Positions 13,444-27,384 of a DNA stretch of 64,000 nt are shown piece after piece. The DNA comes from Eledone cirrhosa. Lineage: Eukaryota. The notes beneath the pieces are model-generated. The model ran no database searches and had not been told where the DNA came from. It worked only from the letters and a program-made list of their open reading frames with translations. How positions within the stretch are numbered: the stretch's first letter is position 1; the number at the start of each line of letters is the position of its first letter. The stretch covers positions 317,130,001 to 317,194,000 of the forward strand of contig OZ024742.1 of NCBI GenBank assembly GCA_964016885.1, read 5' to 3'. The translations under genes and the position numbers were made by a program.

Positions 13444-15614
13444 CTAGTCTACCCCCCCCCCTCCCCGCGGGTCATTATGGGGTTTGAGGGCGAGGTAAGT
13501 CCTACGTAATCGGTGTTTACATGCAGTAACCAGTTCATCTTTCTTGTTTAGGAGTTGGTCCGTCGAAAACAGCATTTGTAAAGTTTCCTCCGAGCATAAA
13601 TTGCACGGACGGCGTCCTCCCGTGTAAGAGTTGGCTCTGGACAGTAATTTCCAAGTGAGATCATAGTTGATGTTGTTGTCCTTGAGGTCCCATATGTGGC
13701 CCGAAAGTGTAGTGGCGTGACGCCGGGCCGGGTTTCGGAAGGTATGTCTGTGTTGGTATAGCCGGGCCTTGAAGGCACATGCGGTTAATCCTATATAAGC
13801 TTTGTTGGAGGTGTCCGTGCTCACGTTGCACTGGTAGATCACATTACGGTCTCTGCATCTGTTGTCGAGGGGGAAACTGGATCCATCAGGACAGTTGCAC
13901 CTCCTGGTCGGCTCTCCACTGCTATTTAGGTTGTTTCTTCCATCGAGGTTGAGTTTTTTGTTGTTGGAGGAGACGATGTTTTGTGCGAAGTTAGGTGTAG
14001 TGCTGTAAGAGAGTTTGATGGTATTTTTGTTAATTATGTTGTGGTAGCGGTGTTGTGGTGGGAAGTGTTTTTCAATGAGCCTGAAGAAAATTTTCCCGAT
14101 GGGAGTTGTCACCTCTGCGTTGTGGGGAGGATTGAACCATGTTACATTGCGTGAGCAGCGGTGTCGCCTGCTGGTTCCGCTAATGGGAGCTGGACAGTAG
14201 GATATTTCCTCCTGGAAGCCACTCCGCTTGAGGGCCTGGTTGTAGTAAGGCGCATGTTCATCGAATATCTTCTCATTGGCTGACAAACGGGATATGCGGA
14301 GGGAGATGTTTTTGACCAGGTTGTTGGTGATGTTCCTAGGATGGTTAGATCGGCGGTGGATGTAGTGAAGGTTGTCTTTGGGTTTCCTGTATGGGTAGTA
14401 CAGGTCATTATTGAGATCGAGGGTAACGTCCAGGAAATAAACTCGGGTCAGGGACGTTTGTAGGGTTATTTTAAATCCCCAGTCGCGGAAGAAGCTGATT
14501 AATTGTTTACGGACCCGATCTGTACTACTGGGGTTGTACCCTTTAAGGTAAGGAGCCCATCATCACGGTACAATCCACCACCGAAAGCAGGAAACATATC
14601 GGTGACTTTGGTTATAAGGAATAATCCTATAAGATATGTGACCTCCGCCGAATCCGTAGCGCCCATGCTGACGTCGAAGGGTGAGTCGGGAGCTCTTTTT
14701 ATCCATTTGGAGTTGTCAAAGAGTAAGACTGTCTTCCTGGCGTGGAGGATGATTTTTCTTTCCTGGTCGGTGATGGGCACGAGTGCTTCGGCGAAGTCCA
14801 AGGCGGCAGTAAGTAGCAGTAAGGTGATAGAAGCATAGTAGCTCTCTATGTCGAACTGGATAAATTTAGTGTCTCGTTTATCCTCCATATTGCTGAACCA
14901 TGAGATAACTTCCTGGGTGTTGATCCATAGGCTAAGTCGGGCGTGTTGCTTGACTTTTGGTATCACGCGGTCTAGGATTTTTTTTGCTGATTCTCCCTAT
15001 GTCGGACTTCGTTGGGTTTATAAGCCTGATAGATGGTTTACGGTCGAAATCGGATTTGTGGTCCTTCAGTGTGAAGTAGGGTGTCCGTGGGTCTAGGGGT
15101 TCGGTGCGGTCGGCGACCCCGAGGCTGGAGGTAATTTGTTGTCCATCTCGATTAATGTCCTCGATGCATGACTGGTTAGCCTTTTTATAGGTGGAGTTTA
15201 GGCTGCTCCTGATCAGTGTGTGGTATCTGTCAGGGTTGACAAAGTATAGGTTCCCAGTTTTATCCGAATGCACCATGATGTCATTGGTGTTATCATACTC
15301 TGTTAAGTTGCTACGGAGGTTTTGTAGGAATCGGTTGTGTCTGGGTTTGAATTTAAGGTTCTTGACCAGTTGGAAGAGGTCATTCTCGAAGGGTGAGAGC
15401 AAAGGGTTAGGGAGGGGGAAGATTTGTAGGTAATAAATCCGAATCTCTCCTTGGTACCGAAGTCCTGATTGTCGCAAAATCTGTCGTAGAAAAAAGTTCT
15501 CCATCTAAGTCTTTTCGCAAATAGATCGATTTTTTGCGTGAGCATCCGAAGGTAAAGTTTTTTCGGTGGGATTGGGATGTTCTTGCTAGATAAGTCGATG
15601 TTGTGTATTCGCAT
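13444..15614 (-). pseudogene. PLE RT/GIY-YIG polyprotein, ~3 frameshifts (near 15415, 14980 and 14530)
   Basis: MRIHNIDLSSKNIPIP..RLRWRTFFY; SDKTGNLY; FTLKDHK..RLINPTKSDIGRISK; FDIESYYASI; FDVSMGATDSAEV; GLYRDDGL; NVIYQC..AYIGLT..FKARLYQH; CNLCSEE..LNKKDELVTACKH. Confidence 0.92.
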
Positions 15615-15787
15615 GGTGCGGGTGAAAGAAATTGAGCTTAGCGGAAAAGTCTGGATACGGCGTGGTAAGGTCGGAAAGTGCTCTACTACGGGGATAGGAG
15701 CTAGATAACGAAGGAAATGTGGTAAGGAACCAGGTGGACCATAACGCACCAAAGTACTCAATACTTAGGGTAGTACAGTGGGTAATA

Positions 15788-15899
15788 GGAACAAGTAAGA
15801 CCCCGACGGCTGAGCTCAAGCCGTTTCGACGGCTAATTCTAGACTGAATGAAAATTTATTCTGGTATTTAAATAGCCGAGCTTATCAAGGGGTAATTCC
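15788..15899 (-). ncRNA. Second copy of the U3-A8 long-stem-II hammerhead (upstream pLTR)
   Basis: Same sequence as 12149-12260 apart from one loop substitution; lies ~190 nt upstream of the ORF ATG at 15614. Confidence 0.85.
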
Positions 15900-18800
15900 A
15901 TATATTGTCAAAGAGATAATCACCAGGATTGGTCACATCACAAGTTAGTAGTAAATCTGTGATGGCAAATTGGTAGGGGAAGGGGTAGCTGAACCTGCCG
16001 GTAGGAGAAAAAGGGAGAGGGGGTGGAGTAGACCCATTCATGCGTTGGTAGTGCCGGCTACAGCTGGGTGTGGGGTCAAAGAAGATACTGGGGAGGGGAG
16101 GAAGTCGAAACGGTAAGTATAACAATGAGGGTAAAACTATAAAAAGTACTGAGAGAGAAAAAAAAAAAAAAAAAACAAAGTCTGGTTACTAAGACTTAAG
16201 TCTCTCGCTATTGCTAGGCTAAAGAAATACATAAATACATAAATAAATAAATAAATAAATAAGTGAATAAAAGAATGGATAAATAAATTTAAAAAAAATA
16301 TATATATATAATGAAGAATAAAAAATAAATAAAAATAAACTAGGTGGGACGGAAATAAAGGGACCCTTATACGAGGTATAAGTGCGTGTATCGTACCGTC
16401 ACGGGTCAACAAAGGGGGGGGGGGGGCAAAATACTAAAGAGACTACCACGAAATAATAAAGGTTTCTACCCCAATCACAGGGCCAGCAACCACCCAGAGC
16501 AAGAAAGTAAACTAGTACGAGAATATCATTCAGGGTCCCGCAAAAAAATACTCGTGTTAACTGTAAGGGTACCGCCACGAAACAAAAAGTCTTATACAAG
16601 CTACATGAAAGATCGTACGAAGTAAAAGTAAAGAACGGAAAATTAATACAGAAACACCCCCACCCCACCCCCACCCCAAAAAAAGAAAAAGGGAAAAGAG
16701 GAAAGAAATACTGGATAAACGAGAAATTAAAGCAAAGATGCCACTAAGAAACATAGAAGGCACGGAAAAAAGGGACAGCGGTCGGAGAAGGGGGCAAGTA
16801 TCCGAGGTCTAACACCTCTGCTATAAAAAGCGGAGTCAGCCAAATCTATCATAGAATAGGGGAGGGGGGTGCTGAAGCTACAAGAGACCGAGGGGCTACC
16901 TCGGCTGGGCGAGAAAAAGACGACGACAAAGAAAGGGAACTGGGGTAGAAGGACTAGGGAGGGATGGGGGGAAGGAGGGAATATAGAGGAAGCGATAAAA
17001 AAAGTAAAAGAAGATCTTACGTCTCCATTGGCAAGCAGGGGTAACCCCTTACAAAATAGGCAAGTGGGGTGTTATAGCCTTAGTCTACCCCCCCCCCCCC
17101 CGGGTCATTATAGGGTTTGAGGGCGAGGTAAGTCCTACGTAATCGGTGTTTACATGCAGTAACCAGTTCATCTTTCTTGTTTAGGAGTTGGTCCGTCGAA
17201 AACAGCATTTGTAAAGTTTCCTCCGAGCATAAATTGCACGGACGGCGTCCTCCCGTGTAAGAGTTGGCTCTGGACAGTAATTTCCAAGTGAGATCATAGT
17301 TGATGTTGTTGTCCTTATATATAAAAATTTCAGGTTAACAATAATGTTGTGATAATATATCGTCACGTTAGAGATGAACAGCGTACGTGTAGGTTTGCTC
17401 AACGAGTATAAATTATATTCCGGAGAAATGTAGAAAAGATGAATATAAAGTAGCGGCTGCCCCCCCATATTCCCACGGACAGGAATTGTGTAAATTGTGT
17501 TATATAGAATTATTTTGTATTATGAAGTCAAAAAATATTTTATTAAATAACAGAATAGAGCGATCGTTATACTGTAACCATCGCTTGAAATCTACATTTT
17601 CATATTACAAACACTACCAGGATTGAACGCCTGTCTCCATCTCCGTTTGATTGTCAAAATACATATTAACATTCTCTATTAGTCTTAATTCTATCAACTC
17701 TTCTATTCTTTACCATTTAATATAAACTGCTATAGATAAAATGAGATTTCTTAATTCAATTCCCTAATGCATATACCAGCAGGCTACCAGCATTGTTGTT
17801 ATTCAGTAGCAGTGAAAATCTCCCTCTTCCTTAATTGACACTTTATAATTAAAACTACTACACCAAACGACCAGCCTTGTCCATTGTTCAATTGGTCAAG
17901 TATAGATTAAAGTAGGCACTCCCAAAAATTCTTATTTAGATAAAATAAACCATATACTCATTGTATTCTCATTAGAAACCCTTTATATACTTGTTTACCA
18001 GTAAATAGAATTGCCATCTGTCATATACTATCCCCTCTCTTCTTCCTTTATTACAACTAATATAAATACTTCAATTTTTCTTATTCTTTCCAATTTATCC
18101 AATATCTCTGATTATACATTTGCTATCGAATACTTGCTAGCATTATATGATTACGCAAGCATTATATGATTACAGAAACATATGTTTTTTTAAAAAAAGC
18201 ACTTTCATTTTATATTCATCTTTTCTATATATATATATATATATATACGCTCAAACGAACACACACACATATATATATATACGCTGAAACGAACACATAT
18301 ATATATATATATATATATATTTACATATAAACATGCAAAGATACACATAAATGTATGTGTGTAATATATTATAGGCTTTTTGTTGGCAAATAGAAGCTGC
18401 TCAAAACATGATATAGAATTCAATCTTATAAAAATCAATTGATGATTCACTTCATTCAATGAGCATGCACACATCTACAAGCAATAGTTGAGCAATGAAA
18501 TGATGTATTGATAGGGAACCAACTAGGTAAATTCTCATTGTTCAATGCTGGCCAGATGATATAGTATATAGCACAATAATGATATACATTTTGCTAGCTA
18601 TTCTACTATATCGTATGGGAAATCAGCAGGGGCATAACTATCACGTGGTCCTTAACATTTGATATCTGTTGTCATGTAGTTTTGGCCATATCGAATCTTT
18701 CGAGGAGAAATTGTCTCCGATACCAATAACAAATGCACGATATCTTTGAGTGTTTTATCTGATAGCTAGCGGTTAGATAGCCTACAATTTCGAACTCTAT

Positions 18801-19262
18801 TCAAATGTGGAATGGATTTGTAAATAGTCTATATTATTTTGATATATTCGGATATAGAATCATGGATTCCCCCCAAAAAATTGGTTGGGATGAGGAAGTT
18901 GTGGTTTCTTTTTTTCTCTATCAACATAAATGATTTTAGATGCTAGTTATATTGAACTGTAAATGTATTAGTGGTGATTCGTGTATCAATAGTGCTCAGA
19001 AATATTATATATAACTCCACTTTTGACAGGAAAGGGCCTGTAATAGTTTGAGAGATGTTTACAATTATAGGTTAGTTGTAGAGGTGGAGTCGACTTAAGA
19101 ATGTTTTTACTTTTGGCACATGATCTCGAAAGTAAATTCATCTTGTGGAAACAACTCACCTTGATGGTATAATATTCTTTATTTTTGTATTAATATTACT
19201 ATATTTATTATATACCATTGCGATGGTGAATGATTTACTGAGTTGCAACTGAACGAGTCTAA

Positions 19263-19310
<48 letters not shown>

Positions 19311-20541
19311 TGGGTGGGGCTGTATATCATTCCTGAGATGCTGAATCTATATTTTCAACTGTTCTCTTTCGTCTAGAATCAAATTAGCAGCTGGAGATTT
19401 TAAGGGACCAATGTTCATATCCCAAAGACCGAAACTCTCTTTTGTTTGATGTACATGCTGATATTTCCTATGTTTGAGAGAAAAACCTCTCACAGTAGTC
19501 AGTAGTACGCTTACAAGCTTTTCTAAGCTTTTGACTTTTGACTCTTGACACTCGAATGAAGTTAGATGTTTTTCTATAATCTAGTTTACCTTCGATGCTT
19601 TAACTTGAGAAAATATTTTGATAGCAGTATCATACATAGCTTTCCCTGTGCGATTTCAGTTTTAATCAGAATATAAACGGCCGTAATTTTTTGCCACGAA
19701 GCATGGTGTCCTCCGCCCTTACTACGTACATAGATAATGAGCTAATATAACAGTGTGATATCTGATTCAATTAAATCACTTACGGAATATATTAATCTGA
19801 TATGGTCGTAAAATGAGAGACGCCGATGAAATTAAAACTAATAAACACCGAAACCTAGTACTTGTCACGTCCTTATAACATTCGTTACATAAAATAAATG
19901 TAACATTAACCACAACGGTACATTTAAAACAACGTTTAGATTAATTTACTTAATTCGAATCATAAAAATTACGAGACAAATAATTAATTACCGTTACCTA
20001 CTTTTACATTAATCAACTGTTCTCTGGGAGAGTCGTTAAGATTATGCAATGACAGAACACATTTTCCACTATTTATATCTATCACATAATTATCTGTACA
20101 ACATTATATAAATCAGCGTAAATTATATTAAATTTACAAAGCTATTATGAAGCAACATAATACCCAGACCACATATTATTATTCACTCAAAAAATATGTT
20201 AAATTCATGAAAAACCTTAATCAACGATAAACATTTAAGAATATGATAAATTATAATAATAATTTTAAAAATAATTATAAAAACCCTAACGCTTTTACTA
20301 ATATTCTGCTTCTCGGTTAATCCATAAATTTAAACATAAAAATTAGAATTTTATATACCTGTGCTGAAATTTGCAGGATAGCCCGGGTAAGGTGAAGATT
20401 AAATAAATCCGGAGAGGAGGGAACTATGGGGAGTTGGGGAAAGATCCCTTTTTTACCGAATTATTATACTGACAACTCTCGCAGCCGTCCGCAATTTCAA
20501 AACGTATTGATTATTTTATTATTTTGGAACTAGTCAGAGAG

Positions 20542-20748
20542 CAGTATCGGTTGGGCGTCGGACAACATACTTTCCAGCAAAGAGGTGTGGCCTTTTACGT
20601 TCTGAGTTCAAATCCCGCCGTGGTTAGCTTTGCCTTTTATCCGTATGGGGTCAATAAAACACCATTAATGCACTGGGGTCAATTTAATTGACTTTCCCCT
20701 CCTTCCTAAATTTGTTGGCATTGTGCTGAAATCAGAAACAATTATTTT
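20542..20748 (+). mobile_element. tRNA-derived SINE (diverged, long-tail variant)
   Basis: cagtatcggt..ctgagttcaaatcccgcc..tttgccttttatccgtatggggtcaataaa..agaaacaattatt. Confidence 0.85.
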
Positions 20749-20759
20749 GGTATTAGTCA

Positions 20760-21775
20760 GTATAGCCAAGAGAGGATACATGACAATTAGACAAGCTGCA
20801 GTCCTCAACATCAATATTATAGGCACATCAGCTTCCAGTGAATAGAGTGAAAACTCGATCCATATATAGACGGTAAGAAACCAGCATGTGAGTGGCAATC
20901 CAGGCTGTAAAACATGTCAAATTAAGATTTAGAAAAAGCAGCATAGGTTAATTGCTCTGCTGAGAGAAAATGTTGAGATATACTAATCAACAGCCACGTT
21001 CCTCAAACTGGGAAGCTCAGCTCGTGAGGTGACGTCTGCTTACTACATTGGGTAAAACACCAAAAGGCAGACGGTTTGCAGAAACTCATAAAACTCATTG
21101 AATGTGTATTAGTCTTGTGCTACTATTTATTCTGTCATTAAAACGTTTGTCCTTTCTCCTCAGAAAATGTGAAGGATACATAATTGACTCACAGGAGGAC
21201 AGAAATACGAACCTGACCTATAATTTCTTTGAGGATGACCTGAAACTCGATTCCAAGAATATAAATGGGATGAAGAAAAATCTTCACCTGGTTACGACGT
21301 TTTCAAAGGATACAGGAATGGAATTTGGCCAGCATAAATGTTTATAATGATTGTAAAGTGGGGAAAAACTACAAGTCAATTTAGCAGCATTTTTGTCAAC
21401 AGCCTAACTGTTTCACCGACATCTGGTGAGGACTACTACAGATGCCTAAGTATAGATGAAAATATATCCTATGATGCTATCTGTGACAAGGAACGCGCAA
21501 TCGGGGAATGTTACACCCGATTAGGAAAAGTATGGTCATCTTAAATCTCTGCGCACAATAAAACAGGGGCTCACAGTGTGTTTGTTGTGCCTGTCCTAAC
21601 ACCAGTGCTTGGAATACTCGATTGGATGATAGACGAAATCCGAGCTATTGATGTTAAAACCCGAAAATACTAAATAACACCGGAAACTTCCACATCAAAC
21701 GTGATATAAACCACCTTTACTTGAAACGTGAGTAGGAAGGCAGAAGCCTAACATCAGTCCAGACAGCATTTGACG
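20760..21775 (+). mobile_element. R4/Dong-like non-LTR retrotransposon RT fragment, degenerate
   Basis: FFEDDLKL..LHLVTTFSKDTGMEFGQHKC; VPVLTPVLGILDW..IDVKTRKILNNTGNFH..HLYLKR..GRSL. Confidence 0.75.
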
Positions 21776-21799
21776 CATGTACCCAGAATAGTTGAGAAA

Positions 21800-21910
21800 A
21801 TTCGGTAAATTACACTAGGAAACGGGAGAAAGTAGACAGAGTTCCCTGCGAAGAATCGAAACCCACTTTTCTCGGATGCAGAGTGAATGACTTAACCACT
21901 ACGAACTAAA
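21800..21910 (-). mobile_element. tRNA-like SINE head (not a functional tRNA)
   Basis: Minus strand has tagtggttaag (A-box) and gggtttcgattc (B-box) but no clean cloverleaf. Confidence 0.5.
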
Positions 21911-22528
21911 GACCAGTAGTACTTTAGTACAAGTGGTTACTTGATGCACTCATTCAATGTAAATTGAAACGGTGGGCAGACGACGATGACGATAAAAATA
22001 TTGTTTTGAAATAATACATAGCATTATTGAACGGAGTTATTGAAACACTATATCTAAAAACATAAATTGCATGAAAACAGAACGCTTTTTTATCATAATT
22101 TTGTCATATCAATGCTGGCCTACATCTAAACAACAAGAATAACAATAACTACACGATTTCACATAGAGACGACACTAAAAATCATCTCTCAAATTTCTCT
22201 GTATTTTGTGTTCAAATGTAACAATATTTCAGTATTCATTTAGCTCTATATAATTTTCCTTCTCTATTCTTTCTATTTATCACATTGGTTTGCAATAGAA
22301 ATTGAAAATTTGAAATGTTTTTTTGTTTGTTTGTTGATTTTGTAAAATAGATTCAAAACATAATTTCAACACCTCTTTATCTCTTTGGCTACGCCGATTT
22401 AGAATCAACAATTTCAATTAGGTTAAGTGTGTTTGCTTTGAATTTATTTCCGTTTGTTTTTTAACTGAAGATTAACAAATGTAAACAGAGTCAGTATTTA
22501 CACACATAGACGAACACACACATACACA

Positions 22529-22580
<52 letters not shown>

Positions 22581-23049
22581 AACGACACACACACACACAT
22601 ATATATATTTATATATATATATATATGGCATATGCGTGTGTGTACGCTCGCGCTCCGGAGCGTTTCAAAAATATATTGCTCGCCAACGAAATGTTAATAA
22701 ACAAAATATCCTGAACTCGGCACAAATGTTTAGATGTTTAGAGACAAGATTTACAAAACACTTCAATCGCAAAGTTGTACACGACCCCGGAGTGTAAAAT
22801 ATTTTGTAATTATTATGCACGAACGCACATATCTTCACACACCGCTATACCCCACCACAAGCCTATATCCCGTATCAGATATAACACATCAATTAACACA
22901 CGTTGTACTAACTATATATACCCAACATCATACATTTCACCTACGTGAATGCTAATCCCCTAGAATAACCCTACACACATATGAACCACCTCAAAACAAT
23001 AACATCATAGCGAAATATTGGGTTATAACGGTTGTTATAAAACTTCTTA

Positions 23050-23235
23050 ATAAAAAAACGGCAGGAATTTATGTTACAACCGAAAATCATGGGCACCAGC
23101 AAAATAGACCAAGAAACAAAAAATAACCCATAGAATTCAAATAGTTACTAAATAAATTCCTTCAAGAAATAGCAAATAAGCCACATATATATTCCATCTC
23201 TACACAACCCCCTACTTGAGTCGACTAATCTTGTT
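23050..23235 (+). mobile_element. Degenerate 3' fragment of the CR1-group LINE
   Basis: FK*LLNKFLQEIANKP matches FKKSLDKFLQEIPDKP at ~6665-6712. Confidence 0.55.
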
Positions 23236-23405
23236 CAAATATGACTTAGATATGAAATAATATTTATTAGACTTTGCCAGATGGTGTTATTACGTTAAAC
23301 ATGACGTAGACAAATAGTGGAAAATAATGGTCAAACATTAAAAAGATTATCAGAGATGAGATAAATGTTGTCGTGTGTCTTTGGAAGCTTAAACCTGCAT
23401 AAATA

Positions 23406-23479
23406 CAGGGTTTCCCAAATGTATACACACTTCGATTAGAATACTGTTGAAGTGCGTATGCATTTTTCTGGGACATCTG
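23406..23479. mobile_element. Tc1/mariner-type mini-MITE (~74 bp)
   Basis: TA|CAGGGTTTCCCAAATGTATACACACTTC...GAAGTGCGTATGCATTTTTCTGGGACATCTG|TA; imperfect TIRs with TA duplication. Confidence 0.65.
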
Positions 23480-23510
<31 letters not shown>

Positions 23511-23893
23511 CGCTGTGTATGTGTGTGTGTGTGTGTAGCTAAAAGACAGATATTTATGATCACGGATCGTGTAACTGCCACCACTGGTCAACAGATGATT
23601 GTTTAATCTAGATAGGCCTTCCATCTTATTGCTTTACATGCCTTCAAATGTGAGCCTTGTGTGGACGGAAGTCAGACACCATGCCACGTTAAAGCGCAGA
23701 CCTATATCTAAAGGTTGCCTCGCCCCCATCTGCCACATGGGAACAGTTTAGGCAATAGATGTCACTCTTTCTATGTGTAAAATTGCAACATGACTAAGTA
23801 ATGATGCTAAATGGTGATGGTATATATGCGGGGGTGAAGTTATGATTGAGTGTTTGTGTATGTGGTCTCATGTCTGTATTAATGTCTAAATCT

Positions 23894-23980
<87 letters not shown>

Positions 23981-23982
<2 letters not shown>

Positions 23983-24037
23983 AACCAGTAAGACCCCGAC
24001 AGCTGAGCTCAAGCCGTTTCGACGGCTAATTCTGGAC
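23981..24037 (-). mobile_element. Isolated ~57-bp piece of the 12-17 kb PLE family pLTR (3' half of the hammerhead) inside (TA)n
   Basis: ggaaccagtaagaccccgacagctgagctcaagccgtttcgacggctaattctggac matches 12149-12205. Confidence 0.9.
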
Positions 24038-24038
24038 G

Positions 24039-24080
<42 letters not shown>

Positions 24081-24444
24081 ACTAGAAATAGATTGACATA
24101 TATATATATAAAATAAATACATGAAACAATCACAGGGAATTATTTGTAAAGAATGTAAGCACACGTAGCTAGGTAGGTAACTAATTAAAATTTAACTAGA
24201 ACTTCAAATATAGATACCTTTTAAAATGATTAATCTCCTTTGTATATATTTCTTTAAGTAAGAAATATATTTCACCTATTAATCCGTAAATTACAGCAGT
24301 TAAATTCTTGGATGTTCACCAAAGGAGAAGAAAATAACCATCTGGGTTTACACAGCAAATGCAAATCTGTGAATGATTCGAACCACGTGTTCAATTTTTA
24401 AAAAAATACACGCGTTGAACAACGTCATCCCAGTGGAGTGAATA

Positions 24445-24626
24445 GGACCAATTGAGTATTCCAAAGGTTGGTGTTAGGACAGGCTCAGCAAACACATTGT
24501 GAGCCACTGTTTTGTTTTGCGCAGGGAGTTCCGATGACCAGATCTTTCTTAATCGGGTGTAGTATTCCCTGGTTACGCGTTCTTTATTACAGATACCATT
24601 ATAGGATATGTCTCTTCTATCCCCAG
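24445..24626 (-). mobile_element. R4/Dong-like LINE fragment
   Basis: DISYNGICNKERVTREYYTRLRKIWSSELPAQNKTVAHNVFAEPVLTPTFGILNW, homologous to 21460-21625. Confidence 0.8.
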
Positions 24627-24966
24627 GTATATGTACGTACGTATGTATGTATGTGTGTAAATTTAGCATTGCTTCTATGTACGTGAGTGCCTGTTTATAT
24701 TTATTCTTGTTCATTAGCTTATAACATGATTGCATACCTTTTATTAAATGATTCCATATGTGTCCATGTGAGAGAGTACATGTGAGTGTATATGTTGTAT
24801 ATGTTTGTGTATGTATGAAGATATATGCAATCTTTATATGCAATCTTTAGCTAACTATCTCTGTGATCATTGCTTCATCTTCTGATTTAGCAAAATTTTG
24901 GTTATCAAGTCATTATAGTATCATTTGAGCTTTCCATTGCTAATCAGCTCCAATTTCCCCCTCCGT

Positions 24967-25030
<64 letters not shown>

Positions 25031-26434
25031 GACATATAAATGTATTCATATATCTATCTATCTAGCTATCTATCTATTCATCTATCTCGCAAGCTCACTC
25101 CCTCTCCCACGGTCACTCTTTCTATCTCTACCTTTTTCTTACTCTTTTGGTTCAAACCATTGAATCTTTTCTCTCTCATCCCCATCTTTCTCCTAAACTT
25201 CTCCCAAATGTTTCTTCTATGACTCTCACTCTTTGCCTTTGAAGTTTTCTCTCTCATGTAATTTTCCACATTACTCTTTTCCTCACTACCTTTTCTGTTT
25301 TAAATCTCACTTGTCTTCACTTCCACTTCATTTCACCATCTCTAATATCTTTCCTTCTGCACCTCATTTAATGCTCTCTAATCACTCCCTTCCTACTTCC
25401 GTCTTCTCCTAACTCATTCTCTCACTTTTTCTCTTCCTATGTTATTCATTCCCCCTATGTTACCGTCTTTTGTTCCTGTTCTCCTATTTTCCCTTTTGTT
25501 TTCCGTCCCCTCTATAGAATTAACAACCTTGAAAATAAAATCTCAATCACTGTTTTGCATCCATGTTTTAATTCTCTTTCCCTTTGCATTCAACACAATT
25601 TTTAACTGTTTTTTTTTCTTTCTTTCTCTCTCTTTCACTCTTTTTCTCTCTCTTTCACTCTTTTTCTCTCTCTTTCTCTCTGGCACCATCTCTCTCTCAT
25701 TCTCTATTTCATATATATATATATATATATTTGTGTGTGTGTACTTGTGTGTGTACTTGTGTGTGTGTGTGTGTGTGTGTGTCTGTGTTCGTGTGCGTGT
25801 CCTTTATAATACAGTCTTAACTACATTTTCATCATATCACTCACGTTTTCACTTTACCTCGCTCTCCTTCCTTCCACATACACACACACACACACATACA
25901 CTGATTATAATATTCTGTTTCGTTATCATTTGGTGCATGTGCTCAATCTTTTCTTTACCTCTGACATAATTTCGAGTTTATTCACTTCTCTATTATAGCC
26001 TGGTACCTTGCTTAACTGAACTCGATAGCGTCATCGGGCACGGCACGGCAGTGATATATGCATAGCTCTGGTTGACGAAACCGGATGGCAACAAGCCAAC
26101 TTGCTTGTTAGATACATGCCTGGTCTTCAGTCGCCCGTTACATTGGCAAGTTCGTCGCTAGACACTTGTCATGCCCTTACTAATATGTTTCTTCGCAATA
26201 AATCAAAATCGACTCCAATTATTCCATAACGTTATTTCTTCTCTCATTTCTCTTCTTTTTTTTTGCCTAAATGAGTCTTTCCTGACAACTGAAATTTTAA
26301 GTTTTGGTGCCAAATTATTTGTTGCTTGTCAAGTTTCAACAGATTCCTTGGTTTGCGAGTGCCAACTACCATAACAACCAACACTATTACAACTACTGCT
26401 GCCATCACCACCATCACCATCACATGCTCTAAAG

Positions 26435-26621
26435 CAGGCAGGTCAAACATGCGGCCCTTTACAAGCACACCTGCAGCTCGCACAAAGGTTTTTACAGCGC
26501 GAGCATGTTTTATCTTCGTAAAATTAGTTGTAATGTGTGCAATTAGTTGATGTGTGTGACCCTCAGACAACACATATGTGATCCATGTGGCCCTTGGGGG
26601 ACCCTCAGTTTGACATGCCTG
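26435..26621. mobile_element. hAT (Charlie/Buster-type) non-autonomous element
   Basis: TIRs CAGGCAGGTCAAAC / GTTTGACATGCCTG; 8-bp TSD ctctaaag / ctctaaaa; internal GCGGCCC-type subterminal motifs. Confidence 0.88.
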
Positions 26622-27384
26622 CTCTAAAATGTATATATCAATCCATAAACCTTCCATAATCACTTCATGCTAGAACCTAAGTTATGTCTTATCCATATTC
26701 TCATTTCTCAATCTTACACCTTAGTATTTTCTTTCTCTATGAAAATCCCCACCTCCCATCCACTTGATCCTATTCTTCCCATTCACTGTCTTTTCTTGTA
26801 TTTACTTCTCTTCCTATTTGGGTTTTTATTTGTTTCAAATGTTTCAAGACACTCCCTATCTTTCTGAATCTTAATTTTAATGACGCTTCATTTGTTCTTC
26901 CATTTTTTTCATCTCTGAATCAAATGCTGTCATTAATATTTCTATTTTTTTTTTTTTTTTTTTCGATTTCCTATTCGTGTATCTATTCCTATATTTCTTT
27001 CAAAATACTTTGTCTGACTTTTTCTCTCTTAGTTTCTTTGTAACAGACTGGAATGTTTTATGTGCATGTGAGTGTATGCACGCACGCACACACATACATA
27101 TATATATATATATATGTGTGTATGTATGTATGTATGTATATGTATGTAATATGGGTTTGTGCAATAAATACATTAAATATGCACTGAATGAAAAACTCAC
27201 CTATTGTGTATAAAATCGATATAATATTTTTATCAATAGTCAGTATACATCGGTGAAACTTCGAGGTTAACAGTCACTATTCATAGCAAATATATAAATA
27301 TATATACAGATACATAGTAACATTCGTACATACATACCTACATACATACAGACGTACGTACACACATTCGTACATACGTACATG

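Larger units (their letters stand above)
12066..17316 (-). mobile_element. Near full-length Penelope-like element (Naiad-like) in partial-tandem form with ~1.6 kb direct pseudo-LTRs (12066-13683 and 15705-17316)
   Basis: Direct repeats flank an RT + GIY-YIG ORF; the upstream repeat begins inside the endonuclease C-terminus, as expected for PLE partial tandems; (TA)n at both ends. Confidence 0.95.

Noticed and set aside
17620-19180. Possible ancient LINE or DNA-transposon coding remnants
   Set aside because: Too degenerate to assign any motif.
21841-21908. tRNA gene
   Set aside because: A and B boxes are present but the acceptor and anticodon stems are broken; better explained as a SINE head.
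22645-22795. Minus-strand GAAA-cgctccggagcg palindrome resembling stem III
   Set aside because: No UH site and no CUGANGA box found.
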